Shown in pieces: positions 10,699-21,287 of a stretch of DNA of 64,000 nt (position 1 is the first letter of the stretch; every line of letters starts with the position of its first letter). The notes under the pieces are model-generated. The model was given only the letters and a program-made list of their open reading frames with translations. It had not been told where the DNA came from and made no database searches. The DNA lies in NCBI GenBank assembly GCA_965247115.1, contig CBDFGR010000003.1, positions 1,184,001 through 1,248,000 of the forward strand, read 5' to 3'. The DNA comes from Myxococcota bacterium (GTDB lineage Bacteria > Myxococcota_A > UBA9160 > SZUA-336). The position numbers and the translations under genes are program-made.

Positions 10699-11127
10699 AT
10701 GAGGTCCACACTTGCACTTCTTAGCGCGGTCGGGCTGCTCGCCGGGTGCGAGGATCCGGCTCCGCCTCCCGCCGAGATGGTCGTCGAGGCGGGGCAGATC
10801 CAGATCGTGCATCCGGACGAGTACCTCGAGGAGTCCGACGGGACCACGCTGTTGCGCAAGCTGGCCACCAGGTCCCGTGGATCGAATCGAGTCGAGTTCC
10901 AGCATGTCGTGCTTACCGAGGCTCTGGAGGGGGGCCCAGTGACCTACGACAGTCAGGACGAGTTCGTCTACGTGCTCAAGGGCCAGATCGACCTCACCAC
11001 CGAGGGTCAGACACATCACATCGGGCCCGGCGGCTTCTTCTTCGTTCCCCAAGGTTTGCCCTACGACTTCAAGGTGACCGAAGCACCGCTCGAGGCCGTT
11101 GCAGTCTTCTCTCCGCCGGGCGAGTAA
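10699..11127 (+). CDS. Cupin-domain lipoprotein
   Basis: LLAGC lipobox; DEFVYVLKGQ...IGPGGFFFVPQG cupin motifs. Confidence 0.8.
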   Translation: MRSTLALLSAVGLLAGCEDPAPPPAEMVVEAGQIQIVHPDEYLEESDGTTLLRKLATRSRGSNRVEFQHVVLTEALEGGPVTYDSQDEFVYVLKGQIDLTTEGQTHHIGPGGFFFVPQGLPYDFKVTEAPLEAVAVFSPPGE

Positions 11128-11194
11128 CGGAGCGGTCGCCCTTCATGCATAACCGCCGGTCACGAGGCGTCGCACGGAACGGTGGGTGCCCAAC

Positions 11195-11635
11195 TCAGCT
11201 CAATTCGAGACGACGCCGTGACAGCAGATAGGCCGTTCCGCCGGGCATGCCGACGGCGAAGAGCGTGTAGATGACCGCGAACAGGGGACCGGGGATGTTG
11301 CCCGGAGAAGGCAGCCACAAGCCGAACCCCCCCGGGTCGAACCACTCGTAGCGCAACGAATACAGGATGATATTCAACAGCACGTAGGGTGTGTAGACCA
11401 GCAGGATGTAGAGCGCGTAGCGCTTGAGCCGCCAGATGCCATAGGCGAGTCCGAGCATGAGGGCTGCGTGCACGCGGGCAGCGATCGCCTCCAGAAGTCC
11501 ATCCGTGCGAAACCCGAGCAGCATAAATCCCGCGACCGGCCCTGTTTGGAATGGCTTCAGGATGCTCTCCACGGCGATGGCGACGAAGAGCAGGGCCGCG
11601 ATCGTGAGAGCGACGCCGGGCTTGGGACGATCCAT
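11195..11635 (-). CDS. Hypothetical membrane protein (copy B, inverted relative to A)
   Basis: MDRPKPGVALTIAALLFV... nearly the same as 8028..8498. Confidence 0.8.
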   Translation of the reverse strand: MDRPKPGVALTIAALLFVAIAVESILKPFQTGPVAGFMLLGFRTDGLLEAIAARVHAALMLGLAYGIWRLKRYALYILLVYTPYVLLNIILYSLRYEWFDPGGFGLWLPSPGNIPGPLFAVIYTLFAVGMPGGTAYLLSRRRLELS

Positions 11636-11750
11636 GGGACGACACCTCCGACTCGGGCAGCCTATCAGGTTGCTCGCTCTCCCAGTGTCGATCCGCACCC
11701 GGTACACCCGCACCGGGTCGAGGATGTTCTTGACCTCTTGCTCGCCTTCC

Positions 11751-12200
11751 TCAGGTCCGAGGTGCGAGGCGGAAAATGGACTCGAAGTCCTCGACGGTGT
11801 ACTCGAACGAGCTCCCGCCGGCGTACTTCGCGTGGAAGGCGGTGAAGACTCTTTGCTTGAGCTCCCGATCGTTCACCGTGGTGGCGTTGAGCTCGTAGGC
11901 GTTGTCGCCGACTCGGACCCGAACCTCTTTCGGGCGCGCTTCGACTCGTTGTACCCAGCCGCGATCCGGCGTGCCCACCACGTAGATCGCGCCGTCGAAG
12001 GCAACGCCCCAGAGATTCACCACGCGAGGCAGCAGCGCTCCCTGGGACTCGAGCTGGATCACCGGGTGGTCCCGCATGAACGCGAAGCTCTCGGGCGCCG
12101 CGGTCGCGACGCCTCCGAGCCGGAGGCCCGGCGTTTGCTCCCAGGGCCCACAGCCGATGAGGACGAGCACCGCGAAAGTGTGCCAGCTGCACGCCAGCTT
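11751..12200 (-). CDS. Putative lipoprotein with a split-barrel (DUF2255/PNPOx-like) domain; start uncertain
   Basis: VLVLIGC lipobox-like; PRVVNLWGV..DGAIYV...WVQRVEARP.EVRVRVG...KY. No clear ATG. Confidence 0.55.
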   Translation of the reverse strand, partial: KLACSWHTFAVLVLIGCGPWEQTPGLRLGGVATAAPESFAFMRDHPVIQLESQGALLPRVVNLWGVAFDGAIYVVGTPDRGWVQRVEARPKEVRVRVGDNAYELNATTVNDRELKQRVFTAFHAKYAGGSSFEYTVEDFESIFRLAPRT

Positions 12201-12256
12201 TCTCCGTAGTGGGATCTTTTGACAGCACGTCGTCGTCGCTGCCCGCAACACCGACC

Positions 12257-14158
12257 CTACTCGACGCCAAACGCGAGCAGCACGTTGCCAGGGGCGCTCG
12301 TGATGTTGTAACCGGATCCCATGAACAGCATACCCCCGACGATCGCCGGCCCATGGCCACCGATCGAGCCCCCCCTGGCTCGCACGCCGTTCACCGTCTC
12401 GTACTCTTGCATGGTGTTGTATTCCCACAGGACCTCGCCGTCACCCGTCGAGTACGCGCGCAGGGTGCCGTCCTTCGCCCCCGCGAACACGGCGCCGGGG
12501 ATGACCGTCGCCGCCCCGAACAGTCCAGAGCTGCACCAGGTCGCCTCGGGGTCGGAGCAGTTCGTCGGCTTCGCGTGCGTCGTGGACCAGACCCGCTCGC
12601 CCGTCGCGGGCCGGAGCGCGACCATCGCACCCGTCTCGTCGGTGTCGCATTGGATCCCCACGAAGTCCTCGGCGGCACCGGCAGAGCAAACCGCGAGGGG
12701 TCTGTAGTAGAGCTCTCCATCCGCGGCGGCGCCCATGCCGGAGCCTTGTGGCCACACTCCGTCACCGGCCTGCGCGACCCACAGCACTGCGCCGCTATCG
12801 TCGGGGTCCAGTGCCGTGATCCTCCCGCTCTCCTGCCCCGCGATCAGAATCTGGCGCCCGTTCGGCAGCGTGTACAGGACGGGCGACCCCGACACGTCAT
12901 CGTTGCGATTCCGTATGTGACCGGGGCAATTGATCGCGCGCTCGGCCTCGGTCGTCCCATCTCCCCCGCAGTTCTGATCGTTGGCCAGGAGCTGGATCGA
13001 CCAGCGCCTCTTGCCGGTGTCGAGGTCGAAGGCGATGACGGCGTCACTGGAGCCCGAGTCCGGCACATCGATATAGCCATTGCTCGTACCGACGTAGAGG
13101 ACGCGGCGCCGGTAGTCGAGCGTGGGCGCCGCCCAGATCGCGGCACCCGATGGGCCGTACAGCTGCGTGCCGGCGGAGTTCTTCCTGACCGGCCTGGGAC
13201 GTTCCGGGATCGTGTAGGTCTTCCAGATCTGCTGGCCGGTCGCAGCATTCAGGGCCACCACACTGCCCTGGAACGTGCAGCACTCGTACGAGGGGTTGCG
13301 GGGGCGGGCCTCCTCGTACGAGCCTACGGGGACATACAGGCGTCCCCCCTGGGTATCGAGCACAGGCGAACCCGTGATCTTTGCCGCGCTATGGTCGTCC
13401 ACAGACATCGTCCACAGCTGCTCGCCCGTTTCGGCGTCCACGGCGTGGACGTTCGGCCCCAAATCCCCGAAGTACGCGGCGTAACGGTCTTGCGACCCGG
13501 GCACGGTCCCCACGCTGACGGCCGTCACGACGGCTTGCCCGGCCTCGAAGGACCAGTGCACACAGCCGGTCCGCGCGTCAAGCGCGTACACCACTCCGTT
13601 GTCGCTACCCACGAATACCCGACCCCCAGCGACGGTCGGCTGGCCCCGGACTGAGGTGCCGTCCGGAAAGCCGAACGCCCACTTGCGCCGCAGCCGCGGC
13701 ACCTGTTCGACCGTCAGCCCCGCGGAAGCGGCCGGCTGAAAGCGAGCGCTGGACGTGGGATCGGGGCTCATGCCGTTCCAGTGCGGGCCGACCGACGGAT
13801 CGCCCATCGGCATGCCACTGGCGCAGCGGTTCGGCATCGCCGCAGCCGAGCGGTCCGCCGCGTTTCCGAACGGGCGCCCGGTCAGGGACATGGCCAGCCC
13901 GCGCCTCTCCTGCTCCGAGAGCTCGCTCACATTGGCCGCCATCGAGCCGGTCGTCAGCGCCTTGAACACCCGCTCCGGGGACAACGCTCGGAGGGCTTCG
14001 CGACTGACCGCGCCGGGGGCGTGACTGGTCGCTCCATGGCAGACCGCGCACTGCTCCTCGAAGAAGAAGAGCCACCGAGAATCCGTCACCTGCGCCGATG
14101 TCGCCATCGGCAGCAACACCGTGACGGCGACAGACGCCACCAAAAACCATCTCATCAT
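12257..14158 (-). CDS. Cytochrome c/PQQ dehydrogenase (PVA dehydrogenase-like), copy 1
   Basis: Signal peptide, CAVCH heme motif, Trp-docking PQQ propeller repeats, YECC, NVLLAFGVE end; GGAGG RBS. Confidence 0.9.
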   Translation of the reverse strand: MMRWFLVASVAVTVLLPMATSAQVTDSRWLFFFEEQCAVCHGATSHAPGAVSREALRALSPERVFKALTTGSMAANVSELSEQERRGLAMSLTGRPFGNAADRSAAAMPNRCASGMPMGDPSVGPHWNGMSPDPTSSARFQPAASAGLTVEQVPRLRRKWAFGFPDGTSVRGQPTVAGGRVFVGSDNGVVYALDARTGCVHWSFEAGQAVVTAVSVGTVPGSQDRYAAYFGDLGPNVHAVDAETGEQLWTMSVDDHSAAKITGSPVLDTQGGRLYVPVGSYEEARPRNPSYECCTFQGSVVALNAATGQQIWKTYTIPERPRPVRKNSAGTQLYGPSGAAIWAAPTLDYRRRVLYVGTSNGYIDVPDSGSSDAVIAFDLDTGKRRWSIQLLANDQNCGGDGTTEAERAINCPGHIRNRNDDVSGSPVLYTLPNGRQILIAGQESGRITALDPDDSGAVLWVAQAGDGVWPQGSGMGAAADGELYYRPLAVCSAGAAEDFVGIQCDTDETGAMVALRPATGERVWSTTHAKPTNCSDPEATWCSSGLFGAATVIPGAVFAGAKDGTLRAYSTGDGEVLWEYNTMQEYETVNGVRARGGSIGGHGPAIVGGMLFMGSGYNITSAPGNVLLAFGVE

Positions 14159-14254
14159 CGTGCCTCCTCTCCGTCGGCGCCCCCCGGTCCGAGGAGAATC
14201 AGATCCGTGCCCGAAGAGGTCACGTCTCTGGAATATCTGCTCATCTTGGCGACC

Positions 14255-14284
14255 AGGATGGCAGCGGACCGCCTGAGCCGTCAA
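14255..14284 (-). promoter_or_regulatory. Putative sigma70-type promoter of PQQ copy 1
   Basis: TTGACG-N18-CATCCT; same element upstream of copy 3. Confidence 0.5.
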
Positions 14285-14502
14285 GTCACGTGTGCGTGCT
14301 TCTTTCAGCCAGCTCTTGCATCCCGACTGCGACAGGACGACTCAGAACAAGCTGAACTTTCCCCTTGACAATGGAGATTCACGAGGAGCAGCATCGAGCT
14401 GTAGGATCTACGAGGCCCAGCAAACCTCGAGATAGGCGTGAGACGCGGTCCGAGGGTGGCCGCGGCTTGGAGTGCCTATCGGACGCTAGGAGGGACTCAG
14501 AA

Positions 14503-16989
14503 GTGCGTACCATCATTGCGGCAAGCGTAGCGTTCCTATTGCTGCTCACCGGAGGCGCCGTGGCGGACGAACCGGGTGCGGAGCAGGAGCCCCAAGGGGC
14601 GCAGTTGAGCACCGAGGCAGCGGAGAGCACCGAGCCGGCGTCGAGGATTGCGCCGCAGTCGATCGAGGAGATCACCGTCACCGCGCGGAAGCGGGAGGAG
14701 GGGAGCCAGAGCGTCCCCATCTCGATTAGCGCGTTCACCGGCGCCGATCTCGAAGAAGCCCAAACGACCAACATGTTTCGAGTTGCGGAGCTGACGCCGA
14801 ACTTCGAGATGCGCGAGAGTTTCAGCAATTCGAGACCGGCCATGTACATCCGTGGCGTCGGCGTGAGTGACTACGGCGCGGAAGCCGCGAGCGCAGTGGG
14901 AGTCTACAGAGACGGCGTGTACTACGGGGTGCAGACGGGCTTGACGTTCCAGATGTTCGATCTCGAGCGGACGGAAGTCCTGCGCGGACCGCAGGGGACG
15001 CTATACGGCAAGAATACGACCGGCGGTACGGTGAACTTGCACTCACGGATGCCTGGCGACGAGTTTGGCGGTTACTTCAAGGCCAGCTATGGGAACTACA
15101 AGAGCTTCAACTTAGAGAGCGCCGTCGACATCCCGATCAACGAGAGACTTAAGGCACGCGTGGCCTTTGCGCGGAGGGAGACGGACGGCTGGATCGAAAA
15201 CCACTTTCCAGGCGGCATCGATGACCTCATGAGCGACGACCACTGGGCGTTTCGGACCATTCTCAGCTGGGAGCCAACCGAAGACCTCAGTCTGCTCCTG
15301 AACGCGCACGGGGGGCGGCTACAGAGCGATTGGACCTACATTGGCAGAGGGCTCATGGATCCCGACGATTTCCATGCCCCGAGCTTCAACTTTATCGGCC
15401 CGGACGGCGAATTCAGGGATCCGTTCAACTGTCCGAGGGACGCTTTCGGAGCAAGCGGGGGACGAGGTCGGGACTTGGGCTGTGGGGATCTTCGCGGCCA
15501 TGTGGGAGGCGGTGAAGAGAGCTTGTACGATGTCTACCATAATTCGCCTCAGACTGAAGAGGTCAATCTATGGGGCGCCTCGCTGACTGCCAACTACGAC
15601 ATGGACACTCGCTGGGGCCCCGTGACCTTGACCTCGATCACGGCGTACGAGTCGGCCGGAGAGGATCAGTTCGAGGACGTCGAAGGTAACGCCACTCAAG
15701 GTCTCCACGTATCATGGTGGGCCAATACCGGGCAGTTCACACAGGAGCTGCGCGCGGCGTCTGCCGGAGACGGTCGTCTGAATTGGCTCGTAGGAGCGTG
15801 GTACTTCCAGTCGAAGATACACAACCGGAACGACGCGTACGCTCCCGAAGAGGAAGACGGTAGTACTATCGGTTCGGACTTCGGCTTTTATACAACTAGT
15901 GTCAGCGGCGACAACTGGGGCACAGAGAACTACGCCTTCTTCGGGCAGGCGAGTTACGACCTGACCGAGCGTCTCAGCGTCACCTCTGGGCTTCGCTACA
16001 GCTGGGAGAGGAAGTGGAGCAGGCAATACAACTACCGGTTCTTCGCGTACGACCCCGACGACCCGGAGGGGGGTACCGCCCAGGGAACCCCTTGCGGCGC
16101 CGACGTAGAGATCCACTATGATCCGGCGAACTGCGGACCTGGTAGGAGTGAATCCGATAGCTGGCAGGCCATAAGCGGAGATTTCACGCTCAACTACCAG
16201 CTTACGGATGACATCATGCTGTACGCGAGCTACAGGCGGGGCTTCAAGAGTGGCGGGTGGACCACTGCGTTGAACAATAGTGCAAGGGCCGCAAGGGACC
16301 CGGCAACGAACGGCGCCGCAATACTGAACACCACGGTCGACGAGGAGATCCTGCAATCCTATGAGGCGGGGATCAAGTCGATGTGGTTCGACCGGCGCCT
16401 TCGAGTCAACTTCAACACCTTCTTTTACGACTACGATGACCTGCAGGTGTTCGCGCTCGCGGTCATAGGCGGACAGCTCACCACAGTCTTGGATAACGCA
16501 TCTGATGCCACGATCTGGGGCGGCGAGCTCGATGTCATGGCCCGCCCCCTTCCCGGGCTGGAGCTCCGGGCGACGGGAGCGTGGCTGAGCACGGAATACA
16601 AGGACTACTTCTCGGTGAGCCGAGAAGCGGACTTCTCGGGCAACGAGTTGATCGCTGCCCCGAATTACACAGGAAGTGCGTCAATCTCCTACGAGTTCGA
16701 TCTCTGGGACGGCGTGCTGCGAACGCAGCTCTCCACGAGCTACTCCGACGAGCTCTATTTTGCAGCCGCCAACAATGCTAACCGGAGCAGGGCGGGGAGT
16801 TACTGGATAGTGCACGGCGGCCTCAGCTATCGGCTTCCCGATGATCGAACGGAGATCAGCGTCTGGGTGAGGAACTGGAATGACAAGGAATATCTCACGA
16901 ACCACTTCGACGTCTCCGGGTTGGGTTACGATCTGGTCCGGGGCGGGAGGCCACGCCACTATGGAGTCACCGTGAACTACGCCTTCTGA
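14503..16989 (+). CDS. TonB-dependent outer-membrane receptor
   Basis: AGGAGG then GTG 14503; signal peptide, IEEITVTARKREE, EVLRGPQGTLYGKN, terminal NYAF. Confidence 0.95.
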   Translation: MRTIIAASVAFLLLLTGGAVADEPGAEQEPQGAQLSTEAAESTEPASRIAPQSIEEITVTARKREEGSQSVPISISAFTGADLEEAQTTNMFRVAELTPNFEMRESFSNSRPAMYIRGVGVSDYGAEAASAVGVYRDGVYYGVQTGLTFQMFDLERTEVLRGPQGTLYGKNTTGGTVNLHSRMPGDEFGGYFKASYGNYKSFNLESAVDIPINERLKARVAFARRETDGWIENHFPGGIDDLMSDDHWAFRTILSWEPTEDLSLLLNAHGGRLQSDWTYIGRGLMDPDDFHAPSFNFIGPDGEFRDPFNCPRDAFGASGGRGRDLGCGDLRGHVGGGEESLYDVYHNSPQTEEVNLWGASLTANYDMDTRWGPVTLTSITAYESAGEDQFEDVEGNATQGLHVSWWANTGQFTQELRAASAGDGRLNWLVGAWYFQSKIHNRNDAYAPEEEDGSTIGSDFGFYTTSVSGDNWGTENYAFFGQASYDLTERLSVTSGLRYSWERKWSRQYNYRFFAYDPDDPEGGTAQGTPCGADVEIHYDPANCGPGRSESDSWQAISGDFTLNYQLTDDIMLYASYRRGFKSGGWTTALNNSARAARDPATNGAAILNTTVDEEILQSYEAGIKSMWFDRRLRVNFNTFFYDYDDLQVFALAVIGGQLTTVLDNASDATIWGGELDVMARPLPGLELRATGAWLSTEYKDYFSVSREADFSGNELIAAPNYTGSASISYEFDLWDGVLRTQLSTSYSDELYFAAANNANRSRAGSYWIVHGGLSYRLPDDRTEISVWVRNWNDKEYLTNHFDVSGLGYDLVRGGRPRHYGVTVNYAF

Positions 16990-17211
16990 AGGCGGACGTG
17001 CGTGGCCGAGAGCGTGGGCCAAGGACCGCTCCGAGAGCGATCTGGACGAAGCAAGCGAACTCAGCAGGCTGGTCGTAAGGTTGGCCGACTGACACTCGGG
17101 AGTGTTATCGCACCGTGCCCCGTTTCGACATGACCCGCGTACCCTTGGTTAGGTCGAGATCGTTGCACCTAGGCCATCCTCAGAAGCCGGTTTAGTTCCC
17201 CGCCTCCCCCG

Positions 17212-19113
17212 CTACTCGACGCCAAACGCGAGCAGCACGTTGCCAGGGGCGGGCGAGCTCGACGTGGCGTAGCCGGATCCGGTGAACAGCATACCCCCGG
17301 CGATCGCCGGCCCATGGCCACCGATCGAGCCCCCCTTGGCTCGCACGCCGTTCACCGTCTCGTACTCCTGCATGGTGTTGTATTCCCACAGGACCTCGCC
17401 GTCCGCCGTCGAGTACGCGCGCAGGGTGCCGTCCCTGGCCCCTGCGAACACGGCGCCGGGGATGACCGTCGCCGCCCCGAACAGTCCCGAGCTGCACCAG
17501 GTCGCCTCGGGGTCGGAGCAGTTCGTCGGCGTCGCGTGCGTGGTGGACCAGACCCGCTCGCCCGTCGCGGGCCGGAGCGCGACCATCGCACCCGTCCCGT
17601 CGGAGTCGCAGTGGAGACCGACCCTCTCCCGTGCCGATGAGCAAAACGCGAGGGGTCTGTAGTAGAGCTCTCCATCCGCGGCGGCGCCGAAGCCGGAGCC
17701 TTGTGGCCACATCACGTCAGCTGCCTGCGCGACCCACAGCACGGCGCCGTTGCGGTCGGGGTCCAGTGCCGTGATTCTTCCGCTCTCCTGCCCCGCGATC
17801 AGGATCTGGCGCCCATTCGGCAGCGTGTACAGGACGGGCGACCCGGACACGTCGTCGTTGGGATTCTGTTTGAAACCGGGGCAGTCAATCATGCGCTCGG
17901 CATCGGTCGCTCCAAGAACCGAGCAGTTCAAATCGCCGGCTAGCAGCTGGGTCGACCAGCGCCTCTTGCCGGTGTCGAGGTCGAAGGCAATGATGGCGTC
18001 ACTGGACCCCGAGTCCGGCACATCGATATAGCCATTGGCCGTGCCGACGTAGAGGGCGCGGCGCCGGTAGTCGAGCGTGGGCGCCGCCCAGATCCCGGCA
18101 CCCGCTGGGCCGTACAGCTGCGTGCCGGCGGAGTTCTTCCTGACCGGCCTGGGACGTTCCGGGATCGTGTAGGTCTTCCAGATCTGCTGGCCGGTCGCAG
18201 CATTCAGGGCCACCACACTGCCCTGGAACGTGCAGCACTCGTACGTGGGGACGAGGCGGGCGACCTCCTCCCACGTGCCTACCGGCACATACAGGCGTTC
18301 CCCCTGGGTATCGAGCACAGGCGAACCCGTGATCTTCGCCATCTCATGGTCGTCCACAGACATCGTCCACAGCTGCTCGCCCGTTTCGGCGTCCACGGCG
18401 TAGACATTCCCCTGGAAGTCCCCGAAATACGCGGCGTAACGGTCTTGCGACCCGGGCACGGTCCCCACGCTGACGGCCGTCACTACGCCTGTTGCGGCCT
18501 CGAAGGACCAATGCACACAGCCGGTCCGCGCGTCAAGCGCGTACACCACTCCGTTGTCGCTACCCACGAACACCCGACCCCCAGCGACGGTCGGCTGGCC
18601 CCGGACTGAGGTGCCGTCCGGAAAGCCGAACGCCCACTTGCGCCGCAGCCGCGGCACCTGTTCGACCGTCAGCCCCGCGGAAGCGGCCGGCTGAAAGCGA
18701 GCGCTTGTCGTGGCATCGGGGCTCATGCCGTTCCAGTGCGGGCCGACCGACGGATCGCGCATCGGCATGCCACTGGCGCATCGGTTCGGCATCGCCTCGG
18801 CCGATCGGTCCGCCGCGTTCCCGAAGGGCCGACCGGTCAAGTACTCGGCCAGCCCGCGCTTCTCCTGATCCGAGAGCGCGCTCGCGTTGGCCGCCATCGT
18901 GCCGGTCGTCAGCGCCTCGAACACCCGCTCCGGGGAGAACGCTCGGAGGGCTTCGCGACTGACTGCGCGGGGGGCGAGACTGGTCGTTCCATGACAGACC
19001 GCGCACTGCTCCTCGAACACATCGAGCCAATGAGACTCCGTCACCTGCGCGGAGGTCCCCGTCGGCAGCAACACCGAGACGGCGACGGACGCCACCAAAA
19101 ACCATCTCATCAT
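17212..19113 (-). CDS. Cytochrome c/PQQ dehydrogenase, copy 2
   Basis: Same architecture as copy 1 (CAVCH, YECC). Confidence 0.9.
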   Translation of the reverse strand: MMRWFLVASVAVSVLLPTGTSAQVTESHWLDVFEEQCAVCHGTTSLAPRAVSREALRAFSPERVFEALTTGTMAANASALSDQEKRGLAEYLTGRPFGNAADRSAEAMPNRCASGMPMRDPSVGPHWNGMSPDATTSARFQPAASAGLTVEQVPRLRRKWAFGFPDGTSVRGQPTVAGGRVFVGSDNGVVYALDARTGCVHWSFEAATGVVTAVSVGTVPGSQDRYAAYFGDFQGNVYAVDAETGEQLWTMSVDDHEMAKITGSPVLDTQGERLYVPVGTWEEVARLVPTYECCTFQGSVVALNAATGQQIWKTYTIPERPRPVRKNSAGTQLYGPAGAGIWAAPTLDYRRRALYVGTANGYIDVPDSGSSDAIIAFDLDTGKRRWSTQLLAGDLNCSVLGATDAERMIDCPGFKQNPNDDVSGSPVLYTLPNGRQILIAGQESGRITALDPDRNGAVLWVAQAADVMWPQGSGFGAAADGELYYRPLAFCSSARERVGLHCDSDGTGAMVALRPATGERVWSTTHATPTNCSDPEATWCSSGLFGAATVIPGAVFAGARDGTLRAYSTADGEVLWEYNTMQEYETVNGVRAKGGSIGGHGPAIAGGMLFTGSGYATSSSPAPGNVLLAFGVE

Positions 19114-19242
19114 CGTGCCTCCTCTCCGTGAGGAATAGGCATTATAAACGGCCAGGCCTGACCTCGACATCGTGGCCGCTTCTGTGAAATGATCGCCTCT
19201 ATCCCTATAGCTGCCGACCGCGGGTCAGCAGAGAGGATTGCG

Positions 19243-21156
19243 ATGAGACTCGACGGAATCACACGCCGGGATTTTATCGGGGGCGTCTCCCTGGGAGTCG
19301 GCGCCTTGGCAGGCGGGCTCTCGCCGCTCGAAGCGGTGGCGCGGGGGCTGCTGCCGTCCCGGGCGATCGGCGATTACCCACCGGCGCGCACGGGTCTGTG
19401 CGGCTCGCACCCGGGCTCCTACGAGGTGGCCCACGCGGTCTTCCGCGAGGGCCAGCGCTGGCCGCAGCCCGAAGAGCGCAGCGACGCTACCTACGACCTC
19501 GTCGTAGTGGGCGCGGGCTTCGGCGGGCTCGCGGCTGCTTGGTTCTTCCGCCAGCAGGCCGGTCCCGACGCGAAGATCCTCGTGCTCGACAACCACGACG
19601 ACTTCGGCGGCCACGCCAAGCGCAACGAGTTCGACGTCGATGGCAAGACGCTGATCGGCAGTGGCGGCACCAGCTACATGGTCACGCCGGGAAGCTGGAC
19701 CCCCGAGCTGCAGTCGCTGCTGCAAGAGATCGCGGTGGACGCCCGGCGCTTCAAGACCGAGTTCCACGACGCGGACTTCCACAAGAAGCACGGGCTGTCG
19801 GCGGGCATCTTCTTCGACGCCGCTGGCTACGGAGTGAACTCGCTGCAGCCGAACGCCCTCAGTCTGCTCCGGGGAGTGAATCCGCCGAGCCGCGAGAGGG
19901 TGGAGCAAGCCGTGGCGAGCTATCCGATCTCGGACCGGGCGAAGGCCAAGCTAGTCGAGCTCGCGACCGCGAAGCGCGAGGTCTACCCGGGGCTCACGCT
20001 CGAGGAGAAGCGCAAGCGTCTCAAGCAGACGAGCTACGAGGAGTACCTGCGCAGCGAATTCGCGATGCCCGACGAGGTGCTCGACCTAATCCGCAACTCC
20101 ATGACCGCTTTCGGCTTGCCCGCCGACGCGCTGTCGGCCTTCCAAGCCTCGTTCTACCAGCCTATGGGCCTCCGCGCTATCGAGCCGGAGGTGTGGGGTG
20201 CGGACAACTACCTCGGCGGGGGCCTCGAAGACGACCCCGACCGAGGGATCCACCACTTTCCGGACGGCAGCTCGAGCCTGGCCCGGCTGATGGTGCGCAG
20301 CCTGGTGCCCGGCTCGGCACCGGGCAAGACCATAGATGACATCGTGACCGCCCGGTTCGCGTACGACAGGCTCGATCGCGACGAGAACCCCGTGCGCATC
20401 CGGCTCGAGAGCACGGCCATAGACGTGCGGCACGCCGAGGGCGGCAAGTCCGTCGACGTCACCTACATAAAGGACGGCACGGCTTACCGGGTGCGGGGCA
20501 AGCACGCCGTGGTGGCCTGCTGGGGCAACGTGATTCCGCACATCTGCCCCGAGCTGGGAGACGTCCAGAAGGATGCGCTCCACTATCCGGAGAAGTGGCC
20601 GTTCGTCGTAACCAACGTCGCCGTGCGCGACTGGAAGGCCATCGCGCAGTCGGGACACCACAGCGCCTACGCCCCGAACGGCTTCTTCAGCCGGGCGGGC
20701 ACCGACCGGCCGGTGAGCGTGGGGGCCTATCGGTTCAGCCGTTCGCCGGAAGAGCCCATCGTGGTCAGCATGACTCACCTGCCCGCGAACTTCGTGCGTC
20801 GGGGGACCCCGCGCGAGCGCTTCAGGGCGGGTCGGCATGTGCTCCTCGAGATGAGCTACGACGTCTTCGAGAACAAGATCGTCGATCAGCTCCAGGCCAT
20901 CTGGGGACCCTACGGCTTCGATGCGGAGAAGCAGATCGCAGCGATCAGCGTGAACCGCTGGCCCCACGGCGTGACCTACGTCTACGAGCTCTCCGATCCG
21001 CTCGACTGGGGCAGGGACAAGGGCCCCCACATCCAGGCGCAGCAGCGGATGGGCCGCATCTCGTTTGCCGGCTGCGACGTCGGCAACCAGCCGATCAGCC
21101 AGCGCGCCATGCAAGAGGGGCTCCGCGCCGTCCGCGAGCAGCTCGCTCTGGGCTGA
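19243..21156 (+). CDS. SpdH-like Tat-exported FAD oxidoreductase, copy 2
   Basis: MRLDGITRRDF; collinear paralogue of 8602..10485. Confidence 0.85.
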   Translation: MRLDGITRRDFIGGVSLGVGALAGGLSPLEAVARGLLPSRAIGDYPPARTGLCGSHPGSYEVAHAVFREGQRWPQPEERSDATYDLVVVGAGFGGLAAAWFFRQQAGPDAKILVLDNHDDFGGHAKRNEFDVDGKTLIGSGGTSYMVTPGSWTPELQSLLQEIAVDARRFKTEFHDADFHKKHGLSAGIFFDAAGYGVNSLQPNALSLLRGVNPPSRERVEQAVASYPISDRAKAKLVELATAKREVYPGLTLEEKRKRLKQTSYEEYLRSEFAMPDEVLDLIRNSMTAFGLPADALSAFQASFYQPMGLRAIEPEVWGADNYLGGGLEDDPDRGIHHFPDGSSSLARLMVRSLVPGSAPGKTIDDIVTARFAYDRLDRDENPVRIRLESTAIDVRHAEGGKSVDVTYIKDGTAYRVRGKHAVVACWGNVIPHICPELGDVQKDALHYPEKWPFVVTNVAVRDWKAIAQSGHHSAYAPNGFFSRAGTDRPVSVGAYRFSRSPEEPIVVSMTHLPANFVRRGTPRERFRAGRHVLLEMSYDVFENKIVDQLQAIWGPYGFDAEKQIAAISVNRWPHGVTYVYELSDPLDWGRDKGPHIQAQQRMGRISFAGCDVGNQPISQRAMQEGLRAVREQLALG

Positions 21157-21287
21157 GCCACTTCAGGACCATACATAGTAGCGATCGACGGGGACGGGGA
21201 TGCGCGTGGCCTCGCAGGATGCGCTCGAACCGTCGCATCGCGTAGCAACCCGGGGCCGAGAAACCGTGTTCCGCGAGCTGGACAGCG

